In this document: in pieces, positions 18,403 through 26,892 of the stretch
Layout: each line of letters opens with the position of its first letter
Numbering within the stretch: the first letter of the stretch is position 1
Assembly (NCBI GenBank): GCA_964547905.1
Contig: CAZJPN010000036.1
Coordinates: 4,111-68,110, forward strand
Direction: 5' to 3'
From: an uncultured Pseudomonadota bacterium
Lineage (GTDB): Bacteria > JAMCPX01
DNA length: 64,000 nt
The notes under the pieces: model-generated
The model's database searches: none
What the model saw: only the letters and a program-made list of their open reading frames with translations
What the model was told of the DNA's origin: nothing
Program-made: the position numbers and the translations under genes

Positions 18403-18774
18403 ATGACAAGTAGTATTGTAATTATCGATGATTGCGAGCTGATCAAATTCTCTTTATTGAAAATATTACCTGATTACTCAGGTTCAATTCAGTTTTACTA
18501 TAATTTTTCGGATGCCTTAAAGGAATTAAAAATTGTTAGAGAACGGAAAAAATATATATTCATTCTTGATTTAGAGCTGGTTACGCATAATGGAATTAGC
18601 GAGCTTATCAGTATAATGCCGCAGGGCTGTTGCGACATCATACTGCTTACATCAATGCCAATTGCTCATGTAGAGAAGGAAATGTATGACAAAAGGATAG
18701 TAAAAATTTTTACAAAACCGTTTAATGTTAAAGAACTTACCCAAACAATCATTGATTTAAATAATGCGGGTTAA
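18403..18774 (+). CDS. Stand-alone response-regulator receiver (CheY-like) domain protein
   Basis: IVIIDD..., FILDLEL (phospho-acceptor Asp), IILLTS and FTKPFNVKEL match the REC layout. Confidence 0.7.
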   Translation: MTSSIVIIDDCELIKFSLLKILPDYSGSIQFYYNFSDALKELKIVRERKKYIFILDLELVTHNGISELISIMPQGCCDIILLTSMPIAHVEKEMYDKRIVKIFTKPFNVKELTQTIIDLNNAG

Positions 18775-19175
18775 CCCAATTTTTCATAGAATTCTATAAG
18801 TACGCCGTGTGTGGATAAAGGGTGAACGAATATTGCTTTGTTGCCTTTATAGCCTCTACGCGGTTTAGTATCGATAAGTTTTATGCCGGAAGCCTGGAGG
18901 GATTTTATCAGTATTTCTATGTTCTCAACCTCAAGACAGATGTGGTGAAGTCCTTCCCCCCGTTTTTCGAGAAATTTTGCCACACCGCTGTTATTTTCCA
19001 GGGGTTTTACAAGTTCAATATGCGCATTATCCAGTGACATGACCGCTATCTCGACGCCCTCTGACTCTACCCGCTGTCTTGACTCGAGAGTTGCCCCAAA
19101 TTTTTGGCTGTATGTCGTAGTAGCCTCTTCTAAATCTTTAACCACTATTGCGATATGATCAAGCTTCATCCGCAA
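18771..19175 (-). CDS. mce: Methylmalonyl-CoA epimerase (VOC/glyoxalase family)
   Basis: KLDHIAIVVKDLEEA...GEGLHHICLEVENIE...GVLIEF. Confidence 0.8.
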   Translation of the reverse strand: MRMKLDHIAIVVKDLEEATTTYSQKFGATLESRQRVESEGVEIAVMSLDNAHIELVKPLENNSGVAKFLEKRGEGLHHICLEVENIEILIKSLQASGIKLIDTKPRRGYKGNKAIFVHPLSTHGVLIEFYEKLG

Positions 19176-20883
19176 GCTCTTTAGTGTATGCGTCTATGAC
19201 AAGCTTTTCAATCTCTTCCGCTGATGGAAGTTTTAACGCCTCTCTTACAAGTTTATGCGCACGTGCCTTATTGATCTTTGGAATAAATCTTTTTGCTCTG
19301 TTCATTATACCTATATTCATGCTCAACTCGTAAAATCCCATGCCAATTAATATCGGGAGATAGAGAGGTACGCTTGCCATTTCTCCGCATATCTGTGCCG
19401 GTATTTTGTTCGCTTTTGCCTGTTCGGCTATTAACAATAGCATCCTCAGTACAGCGGGGTGCAATGGTTGATAGAGGTATGATACGTCTTCATCTCCGCG
19501 ATCGATTGCCATTGTATACTGGATAAGATCGTTTGTTCCAACGCTTACAAAATCAAGCGTACTGGAGAGGCTATCCACGATCATTGCCGCGGCCGGAGTT
19601 TCGATCAGAGCTCCGAGTTTTGTTGTGCCGGTTTTGTAGCCCTTGTTTGCAAGATTTTCTCTTTCTTCATCTATAATTTTTTTTGTGGTTTTGACTTCAC
19701 CAACAGATGAGATCATTGGCAATAATATCCTTATTTCACCCAATGCGCTTGCTCTGAGGATAGCCCTTATCTGTGTCCTGAAGAGGGATTGTTCTTTTAG
19801 ACATACCCTGATACCCCGTAACCCAAGCGCCGGGTTTTCCGATCTTTTATAGATTTCTGAAAATAATTTGTCGCCGCCGATGTCAAGGGTTCTTATGGTA
19901 ACCGGAGAGCCGGAAAATAATTTTGTAATGGTGGAATAATGCATAAAACTCGTTTCTTCTGATGGAAGCTCTCTTTTGCGTGTATAGAGATACTCTGTTC
20001 TTACAAGGCCGATCCCTTCTGCCCCTGCATTAAAAGCATCCTCTGCTTCCTCAAGGAACTCTATGTTTGCCATTATTTTTATAACAACACCGTCTTTTGT
20101 TGTTGTACTGCTCCTTACCTCATGAAGGGTATCGCTCTCCTTCTTGTGAGCCCTTGTCCCTTGATATTTATTGATGATCTCAAATTCCGGCTCTACTATC
20201 AGGATGCCGTTATCTCCATCTATAAGTAGGTTTTGTCCGTCTCTTATCTTACTTGCCAGATTCTTTATTCCGGCTACAGCAGGGATTCCAAGTGATCGTG
20301 CTATAATAGCAGGATGCGATACCAGCCCTCCTGTTTCGAGTGCAAGACCTATAACATTATCCTTCATGAGATATGGTGTGCTTGACATGGCAAAGCTTGA
20401 CAAAACAATAATACCGGGTTCCTCAAGCTCATAGGTTGCTTCCTGTCCGGAAAGATTTTTCAGGATCCTTTGCCCTTCGTGGGCTACATCAAATTTTCTT
20501 TCTTTGATATATTCGTCTTCTATTCTATCAAAGGTCTTTTCTATGTTGCTTAAAACCTCGGTTAATGCCCATTCGGTATTTATGGAATTGTCCCTTATTC
20601 TGGCAAGGACATTTTCTATAAATGATTTGTCCTCAAGTATCATCATGTGCATATCAAGTATGAGCAATGCCTCTTTACCGGAAACGGGATCTATCTTTTC
20701 TGAAATGCCCTGGATCTCCTTTTTTGATTTTTCAATTGCTGTGAGGAACCTGTTTATTTCCGAAGGTATGGTATCATAAGTTATATGGTAGCGGGATATG
20801 TCGAATACAGAGCTGATTGGCTTAATTGCCTTGCCTATGGCCCAGCCGGGTGATATCGCTATACCATTAAGGTAGGTAGTCAT
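19159..20883 (-). CDS. ptsI: PEP-protein phosphotransferase (PTS enzyme I)
   Basis: 574 aa. Has the GGLVSHPAIIARSLGIPAV phospho-His region and a PEP-utilising TIM barrel (GTNDLIQYT). Confidence 0.95.
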   Translation of the reverse strand: MTTYLNGIAISPGWAIGKAIKPISSVFDISRYHITYDTIPSEINRFLTAIEKSKKEIQGISEKIDPVSGKEALLILDMHMMILEDKSFIENVLARIRDNSINTEWALTEVLSNIEKTFDRIEDEYIKERKFDVAHEGQRILKNLSGQEATYELEEPGIIVLSSFAMSSTPYLMKDNVIGLALETGGLVSHPAIIARSLGIPAVAGIKNLASKIRDGQNLLIDGDNGILIVEPEFEIINKYQGTRAHKKESDTLHEVRSSTTTKDGVVIKIMANIEFLEEAEDAFNAGAEGIGLVRTEYLYTRKRELPSEETSFMHYSTITKLFSGSPVTIRTLDIGGDKLFSEIYKRSENPALGLRGIRVCLKEQSLFRTQIRAILRASALGEIRILLPMISSVGEVKTTKKIIDEERENLANKGYKTGTTKLGALIETPAAAMIVDSLSSTLDFVSVGTNDLIQYTMAIDRGDEDVSYLYQPLHPAVLRMLLLIAEQAKANKIPAQICGEMASVPLYLPILIGMGFYELSMNIGIMNRAKRFIPKINKARAHKLVREALKLPSAEEIEKLVIDAYTKELADEA

Positions 20884-21149
20884 TGTTCTTCACCAAATTT
20901 GTTTTCTATCAGTTTTTGCAGAGAAACCAATGCTGTCTCTTCATCCTTCCCGTCCACCATGATTCTTAATGTGGTTCCTTTTGCAGCCGCAAGCGTTAAC
21001 AGGCCGAGTATGCTTTTACCATTTGCCCTTTCACCGTTTTTGTATACATGAATCTCACACTCATAGGTGTTTGCGAGCTTTACGAACTGAGCCGCTGCCC
21101 TCGCATGAAACCCGAGTTTGTTGTTTATAACAAAACTGCCTTCTTTCAT
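20880..21149 (-). CDS. ptsH: Phosphocarrier protein HPr
   Basis: GFHARAAAQFV (His15) and NGKSILGLLTL (Ser46). 89 aa. Confidence 0.95.
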   Translation of the reverse strand: MKEGSFVINNKLGFHARAAAQFVKLANTYECEIHVYKNGERANGKSILGLLTLAAAKGTTLRIMVDGKDEETALVSLQKLIENKFGEEQ

Positions 21150-21553
21150 GATTCTGTTTTGTTCAATACATCATCGGCAAGTATGATATTTTTCCTGCCG
21201 TACTCCTTTATCATATTGGCGAGCTCTTTTATCGGCATTTTTGTGTCCATGGATGCGAGCTTGATAAGCATGGGCAGGTTTACGCCTGCAAGTACTTCTA
21301 CAAGCCCCTCGCTGAGAAAAGATAAGCTTATGTTTGATGGTGTACCTCCGAACATGTCCGTAAGGATAAGGACACCTTCTCCTTTATCAACCTTTTTTAT
21401 AGCGTTTGCAATCCCGTCACGCAAAACCTCCACGGGCTTTGTAGGGTCTGTCATAACGGATGTTATGTAGTCTTTTTTCCCTACAATGAACTCGGTGGTT
21501 GCGACCAGTTCATTTGCAAACTGACCGTGTGCAACAACAACAATTCCAACCAT
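21146..21553 (-). CDS. PTS EIIA component, mannose/fructose family
   Basis: MVGIVVVAHGQFANEL N-terminus with the active-site His. 135 aa. Confidence 0.85.
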   Translation of the reverse strand: MVGIVVVAHGQFANELVATTEFIVGKKDYITSVMTDPTKPVEVLRDGIANAIKKVDKGEGVLILTDMFGGTPSNISLSFLSEGLVEVLAGVNLPMLIKLASMDTKMPIKELANMIKEYGRKNIILADDVLNKTES

Positions 21554-21555
21554 AT

Positions 21556-22413
21556 TTACTCCTTTTCAATGTCCCTGTGCTTTATTATGGGTGTATAACC
21601 TAAGTCAGTTATCATGTTTCTCACCTCTTCCACTACGGTTACGGACCTGTGCCTTCCGCCTGTACATCCGAACGATATGGTAAGGTAACTTTTTCCTTCT
21701 GCATCGTAAAGCGGTATTGTGAATTCCATAAATTTTTTCAATAGGTCGAGAAATTTAAGGGTGATGTCATTATTCTTAACATAATTAATTACGTTTTTGT
21801 CAAGACCTGTGAAACTTTTCAATTCGGGTACAAAATATGGGTTCCTAAGAAACCTTACGTCAAAAACTATATCGGTATCCGCGGGAATACCAAACCTATA
21901 GCCAAATGATTGAAGTATTATAGTCATAGCTTTTGTTTTCGTTGATTGTTGAATGAACAGCTTCAATTCTTTTTTCAAATCATGGACTGTAAAATTCGAG
22001 GTGTCTATAATGTGATCCGCCTGGCTCTTGATCTCTTCAAGGTACTTCCGCTCAAGCCGGAACCCTTCTTCTATCGGTATGTCCTGTGCCAGGGGGTGCT
22101 TTCTTCTGGTCTCGCTGTATCTTTTCAGGAGGACACTGTCGTTTGAATCAAGAAAGATAATGGTAACCTTGTCTTTTGTGGATTTTAACGCCTGCAGCTG
22201 CCGGGACAGGTCTGCAAAGAAGCCCCTACCCCGTACATCTATTGAAAAGGCTATGTTCCTGATGTCCTCTTTAGAGTCTGTTATCAGGTCGATAAACTTC
22301 GGTATAAGCTGTAACGGGATGTTATCGACACAGAAAAAGCCCATGTCCTCGAGCATGGCCATTGCCGTTGTTTTGCCCGAGCCTGACATGCCTGTTACGA
22401 TCACAATATTCAT
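21556..22413 (-). CDS. rapZ: RNase adapter / nucleotide-binding protein RapZ (YvcJ family)
   Basis: MNIVIVTGMSGSGKTTAMAMLEDMGFFCVDNIP. The start is chosen by homology to known N-termini. The ORF is open to 22485, with an alternative Met at 22431. Confidence 0.9.
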   Translation of the reverse strand: MNIVIVTGMSGSGKTTAMAMLEDMGFFCVDNIPLQLIPKFIDLITDSKEDIRNIAFSIDVRGRGFFADLSRQLQALKSTKDKVTIIFLDSNDSVLLKRYSETRRKHPLAQDIPIEEGFRLERKYLEEIKSQADHIIDTSNFTVHDLKKELKLFIQQSTKTKAMTIILQSFGYRFGIPADTDIVFDVRFLRNPYFVPELKSFTGLDKNVINYVKNNDITLKFLDLLKKFMEFTIPLYDAEGKSYLTISFGCTGGRHRSVTVVEEVRNMITDLGYTPIIKHRDIEKE

Positions 22414-22423
22414 AGGGTACCTG

Positions 22424-23020
22424 CTATCCATTGGCACTGCCAATCCTTTCCGAGATTCTCTGTTCCAGTTCTTTTGCCTCATCAATCCCCTGGTTTTTTA
22501 ATAAGAAACTTTTAACGGCGACCTCAACAAGTGAAGCCATATTCCGCGCGGGTCTTACGGGCAGTTTAACCAGGGGCAACTTTCTTCCAAGAATGCTGTA
22601 CGTGTAAGGTTTTAAAAAGCCTCTCGCATGGCTTGATTTGTCCCAATCAATAAAGTCTATAACCATATCTATACGTTTTTTAGGGCACAGGGCTTGTTTG
22701 CCGAAATGTGATTGAACCTTGATAACGCCCAGGCCGTGCAGCTCCATGTACCCTCTTATAAGAGGGTCGCTTTTGCCGAACAAGGTACCGTTTTCAACGC
22801 TTGTTATGACAAGGTCATCGGCAACAAGCTTGTGATGTCTTGTTATAAGTTCAAGTGCGCACTCACTCTTCCCTATGCCGCTCTTGCCTATGAGAAGAAC
22901 GCCTACCTGTTTTACCGACACAAGCACACCATGTATGCGTTCTAAAACTTTTGAATTATTTGTACCTGGCACCTGTTTCGATGAGCCCGTAATGGCCGTC
23001 GTCCCTTTTATATACCACAT
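22424..23020 (-). CDS. hprK: HPr kinase/phosphorylase, short form lacking the N-terminal domain
   Basis: GVLLIGKSGIGKSECALELI...LVADD P-loop region. The start is uncertain: Met codons at 23041, 23032 and 23020, and a GTG at 22972. All of these overlap the hpf 3' end. Confidence 0.8.
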   Translation of the reverse strand: MWYIKGTTAITGSSKQVPGTNNSKVLERIHGVLVSVKQVGVLLIGKSGIGKSECALELITRHHKLVADDLVITSVENGTLFGKSDPLIRGYMELHGLGVIKVQSHFGKQALCPKKRIDMVIDFIDWDKSSHARGFLKPYTYSILGRKLPLVKLPVRPARNMASLVEVAVKSFLLKNQGIDEAKELEQRISERIGSANG

Positions 23021-23498
23021 TGACCCTTTCATCCCCGGCATCGAGGTAAACGAGAAAAGGGGTCTCGGATATGTCGAGCTGGAGGACCGCCTCTTCCGTG
23101 GTCATGGGTCTTACGAAGTAATCTTTCTCAGGGATTACCATTACCTCGTCTTTGTCCTCTTCTTCGTCCGCTGGCTCAGCCTGTTGGAGATGCTTCATGG
23201 AAGCTATGCCGGTGTGCTTTTTTTTCTTTTCTTTCAGTTTTGTTATCTGCTTGTCGAGTTTGTCGTAGATGAGGTCTATGGCAGCATACATATCTATGCC
23301 CCGCTCTTTTACCTGCAACTCCTTGCCCGCGGATGTGAGTGTCAGCTCAACGGTATTGTTTTTTTTCTCCTGGGTAAAAATGATATGCACCTCTATGGGT
23401 TCTTTCAGGGATTTTACCAGCTTAGTAATCTTTTCTTCTGCGTATTGCTTTAAAGCATTTGACGAGGGGATATGTCTGAAGGTTACCTGAATGTTCAT
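22956..23498 (-). CDS. hpf: Ribosome hibernation promoting factor (long HPF / sigma-54 modulation protein family)
   Basis: MNIQVTFRHIPSSNALKQYAEEKITKL plus a C-terminal dimerisation domain (VVYKRDDGHYGLIE). Confidence 0.9.
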   Translation of the reverse strand: MNIQVTFRHIPSSNALKQYAEEKITKLVKSLKEPIEVHIIFTQEKKNNTVELTLTSAGKELQVKERGIDMYAAIDLIYDKLDKQITKLKEKKKKHTGIASMKHLQQAEPADEEEDKDEVMVIPEKDYFVRPMTTEEAVLQLDISETPFLVYLDAGDERVNVVYKRDDGHYGLIETGARYK

Positions 23499-23595
23499 AA
23501 GAGTTCCTCCTGTACGGTTTATTTGTTCTATTCATAAGATAGGCTAACGTTAAGACAATTTCAACTGTTTTATTTGCGATTTCCAACAGGGTTGC

Positions 23596-23679
23596 CCCCG
23601 TTAGAAAACAACCCCGGCCATCGTTGGGGGCGTAGTATACAATGTGCCTGAATTAGTAAACATAAATTTTTCATCGGAG
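23596..23679. repeat. Copy of a dispersed inverted-repeat element (degenerate right end)
   Basis: Left end CCCCGTTAGAAAA. The internal GTATACAATGTG is shared with the copy at 37679. The right end tttttcatcggag resembles TTTTCTAACGGGG and abuts TTGACA. Confidence 0.5.
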
Positions 23680-23709
23680 TTGACAAACCCGGCTGTTTCT
23701 GGATACCAT
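23680..23709 (+). promoter_or_regulatory. Candidate sigma-70 promoter of glyQS
   Basis: TTGACA (23680-23685), 18-nt spacer, TACCAT (23704-23709). The ATG is at 23730. Confidence 0.4.
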
Positions 23710-23729
23710 TTCTGCCTTAGGCGGATGAT

Positions 23730-24740
23730 ATGAATATCCAGGATGTTATATTTACATTAAACAAATTCTGGTCAAGCAGTGGATGTATTGTTGATCAGCC
23801 CTATGATGTTGAGGTTGGTGCGGGAACATTTCATCCATCAACCTTTCTCAAGGTGCTTGATGCTAAGCCATGGTCAGCAGCATATGTCCAGCCTTCGAGA
23901 AGACCCACTGACGGCAGGTATGGGGAAAACCCGAATAGATTACAGCGTTATTTTCAGTATCAGGTTATTATAAAACCCCCACCATCCAATATTCAGGATA
24001 TGTATCTTAAAAGCCTTAATACCCTTGGCATAAAAACAAAGGATCACGATATAAGGTTTGTCGAGGATGATTGGGAATCTCCAACACTCGGGGCCTGGGG
24101 GCTTGGATGGGAGGTATGGCTTGACGGCATGGAGATCACACAGTTTACCTACTTTCAGCAGGCAGGCGGTATTGATCTGATGCCTGTAACGGTCGAGATT
24201 ACCTACGGCATAGAACGTATCTCGATGTATCTGCAGGGTGTTGAAAATGTGTTCGACCTGAAATGGAATAACAAGGTCAGGTACGGAGATCTGTTCAGGG
24301 AAAATGAGCGGCAGCATTCGATGTATAACTTTGAATCCGCTGATATCGAAAGACTTTTGCTTCTCTTCAATGAATACGAGAAGGAATCTCTGAGGCTTAT
24401 CAAAGAAGGGTTGTTCCTTCCGGCTTATGACTGCACGCTAAAATGTTCACACCTTTTTAACCTGCTCGATGCACGGCGCGCTATCTCGGTATCTGAAAGG
24501 GCAAGGTACATCGGGAGGGTAAGGGCAATGGCAAAGGGTGTGGGACAGGGGTATAAAGAAAGTCAAGATTCAAAATTAAAGATTCAAGATCCAAAACAGG
24601 AAAGTCAAGATTCAAAATTAAAGATTCAAGATCCAAAACAGGAAAGTCAAGATTCAAAATTAAAGATTATAGATTCAGAATTAGAAACTCAAAACTCAAA
24701 ATTAGAGATTAAAGATTCAAAAACGAATGGTGTAAAATAA
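23730..24740 (+). CDS. glyQ: Glycine-tRNA ligase alpha subunit with a repeat-encoded C-terminal extension of about 50 aa
   Basis: The conserved GlyQ core runs to about ...[13 protein letters not shown]. The tail that follows is [14 protein letters not shown] x2.5. Confidence 0.95.
   Translation: MNIQDVIFTLNKFWSSSGCIVDQPYDVEVGAGTFHPSTFLKVLDAKPWSAAYVQPSRRPTDGRYGENPNRLQRYFQYQVIIKPPPSNIQDMYLKSLNTLGIKTKDHDIRFVEDDWESPTLGAWGLGWEVWLDGMEITQFTYFQQAGGIDLMPVTVEITYGIERISMYLQGVENVFDLKWNNKVRYGDLFRENERQHSMYNFESADIERLLLLFNEYEKESLRLIKEGLFLPAYDCTLKCSHLFNLLDARRAISVSERARYIGRVRAMAKGVGQGYKESQDSKLKIQDPKQESQDSKLKIQDPKQESQDSKLKIIDSELETQNSKLEIKDSKTNGVK
24558..24722 (+). repeat. 42-bp tandem repeat (2 perfect units plus degenerate units) inside the glyQ 3' end
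   Basis: The unit gaaagtcaagattcaaaattaaagattcaagatccaaaacag occurs at 24558-24599 and 24600-24641, followed by diverging copies. Confidence 0.9.
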
Positions 24741-24742
24741 CT

Positions 24743-26884
24743 ATGTCGGAGCTTTTTATAGAGATTGGTGTTGAAGAGATACCGGTTGCAGAGATAGGTC
24801 CTGCGGTAGAACATCTTTCCAATACATTATCAGGGCTTTTTAAAAATGACGGTGTCGATTTTGGCAGCTGCACAACGTATGCTACACCGCGGAGGCTTGC
24901 CGTATGCTTTCAGGAGCTTTCCGATAAAGGTAAGTCAGAAATCATTATCCATACAGGACCCCGGAAAGAGGCTGCATTTGATAAAGACGGCAATCCAACA
25001 CAGGCTGCGATCGGATTTGCACGGTCGAAAGGTATTGACGTTAAATTACTGAAGATCGTAAAGCTCGATAAAGGCGAATTTGTTCAGGTTGAAATTAAGA
25101 AGCCCGGTGTTTTAACAAAAACCCTTATAAAAAAAGAGCTCGCCGGTGTAGCCCTCGGCATAGCCTTCAGAAAATCCATGAAATGGGACAGCGAAAATAT
25201 AAGGTTCATCAGACCAATACGGTGGATGGTTGTGCTGTACAACGGCACGGTAATCCCCCTATCGATAGGCAGGGTTAAAGCGTCGGCTTATACAACGGGA
25301 TTAAGAACAGGCAGTATAAAGAAAATAAAGGTTGCTGGTTCTGACTCGTGGTTGAAAGCAATGAAAAAAGAAAAGATTCTGCCGGATGCTAAGGAGAGAA
25401 AAAACAGTATTACGGAGCAGGCAAGAGCATTGGCGAAAAGGGTAAAAGGTCAGGCGCAACCTGATATTGAATTGCTTGATACTATTACCAATCTCATAGA
25501 ATCGCCGGTAGCCATTTTGGGCAGTTTTGATAAACGGTTCATGAACCTGCCGCAGGAAGTGATCATGAGCGTTATGAAGACCCAGCAGAAATACATACCT
25601 GTTGTAGATGAGAAGTTAGTGCTTATGCCTTATTTTATAGGGATAAGCAACAATCCGTATGGTGATAAGACCGTTATCAGAAAGGGCTATGAGCGGGTGC
25701 TGCAGGCAAGGCTTGAGGACGCGGAGTTCTACTACCACCAGGACATCAAACAGCCGCTCGAGGCATACGTAGAACTCTTGAAGGGCATGACGTTTTATCC
25801 CAGGCTCGGGAGCCTTTATGACAAGACGCGGCGGATTGAAAATATAGCTTCATTTTTATGCGATGAAATTAGGGTAGATGAGGCTTTAAAGGTCGTAACC
25901 CGCGAGGCGGCAAGGCTTTGCAAGGCTGATCTCGCAACACGGCTTGTTTCCGAGTTCCCCGAGCTTCAGGGGGTTATCGGCAGACATTATATACAGTTAA
26001 AAGGTCCGTCATTGGAGTCTATTGCAGACGCAGTCTATGAGCACAACAGCAAGGAATTACCTCGAACACCACCCGGTGCTGCTGTTTCCATGGCAGACAA
26101 GATAGATACGCTCGTCGGTTTTTTTAGCATAGGTGAAGTACCTACAAGCACACAGGACCCTTATGGTTTACGGAGAGCGGCAATAGGTCTTATTAATACC
26201 GTCATTCATAAATATATAGAAATAGATATCAAAAAGCTTATAGAATTTGGTATAGAACAATACAAGGAACCTCCAAGGATGCCTGTAAGTTTTCCTTCAC
26301 CCTCTACTGAATGGCAACCCCCTAATAGGGATAGTTTAAAAAAGCTCATCTTGTCGTACCTCTATGGCAGACTGGCAGTAATTTTAGGTGAGAAATATCA
26401 TACAGTAGAATCTTTTGTGGCAACGTTAAACAAAAAAGGTAACCCCATTGACAAATTAATTAATGCAGTAATAGCAACAGAGCCTGAAAATATGCTTGAG
26501 GCTGATCGTCGAGTCTTTGCTTTCAAAGATATCGTGTTTAAGCCGGATTTTGAACCGGCCTTTCTTGCTTTTAAGAGGGTCATAAACATCTCAAAAAAAC
26601 ACATTGCCGGCGAGGTCAGCGGAGAGTTACTTGTAGAGCCGTCAGAAAAGGCTTTATATAACAGCTACTTGGGAATAGAGCCAAAAATTCAAACAGCACT
26701 TGCAAAAGGAAATTACATTGGCTATATAAATTTGATTCAAAATCTGGTAGAGCCGATAAATACCTTTTTTGATAAGGTACTCGTTATGAGTGATAACGAG
26801 GAAATAAGGACCAATAGATTGAATCTGCTTGCAAAGATTAAAAATCTTGTTATGCAGGTTTTGGATATAACTAAATTGATATAG
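24743..26884 (+). CDS. glyS: Glycine-tRNA ligase beta subunit
   Basis: 713 aa. MSELFIEIGVEEIP N-terminus. Lies 2 nt after the glyQ stop. Confidence 0.95.
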   Translation: MSELFIEIGVEEIPVAEIGPAVEHLSNTLSGLFKNDGVDFGSCTTYATPRRLAVCFQELSDKGKSEIIIHTGPRKEAAFDKDGNPTQAAIGFARSKGIDVKLLKIVKLDKGEFVQVEIKKPGVLTKTLIKKELAGVALGIAFRKSMKWDSENIRFIRPIRWMVVLYNGTVIPLSIGRVKASAYTTGLRTGSIKKIKVAGSDSWLKAMKKEKILPDAKERKNSITEQARALAKRVKGQAQPDIELLDTITNLIESPVAILGSFDKRFMNLPQEVIMSVMKTQQKYIPVVDEKLVLMPYFIGISNNPYGDKTVIRKGYERVLQARLEDAEFYYHQDIKQPLEAYVELLKGMTFYPRLGSLYDKTRRIENIASFLCDEIRVDEALKVVTREAARLCKADLATRLVSEFPELQGVIGRHYIQLKGPSLESIADAVYEHNSKELPRTPPGAAVSMADKIDTLVGFFSIGEVPTSTQDPYGLRRAAIGLINTVIHKYIEIDIKKLIEFGIEQYKEPPRMPVSFPSPSTEWQPPNRDSLKKLILSYLYGRLAVILGEKYHTVESFVATLNKKGNPIDKLINAVIATEPENMLEADRRVFAFKDIVFKPDFEPAFLAFKRVINISKKHIAGEVSGELLVEPSEKALYNSYLGIEPKIQTALAKGNYIGYINLIQNLVEPINTFFDKVLVMSDNEEIRTNRLNLLAKIKNLVMQVLDITKLI

Positions 26885-26892
26885 GGGGTTTT

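Noticed and set aside
23499-23729. T-box or glycine riboswitch leader upstream of glyQS
   Set aside because: The best promoter candidate lies only about 45 nt from the ATG. I cannot find a specifier or antiterminator architecture, or glycine-riboswitch conserved cores.
24558-24722. Possible CRISPR array
   Set aside because: The 42-bp units are contiguous with no spacers and lie inside the glyQ reading frame. No cas genes and no other repeat-spacer structure occur in the window.
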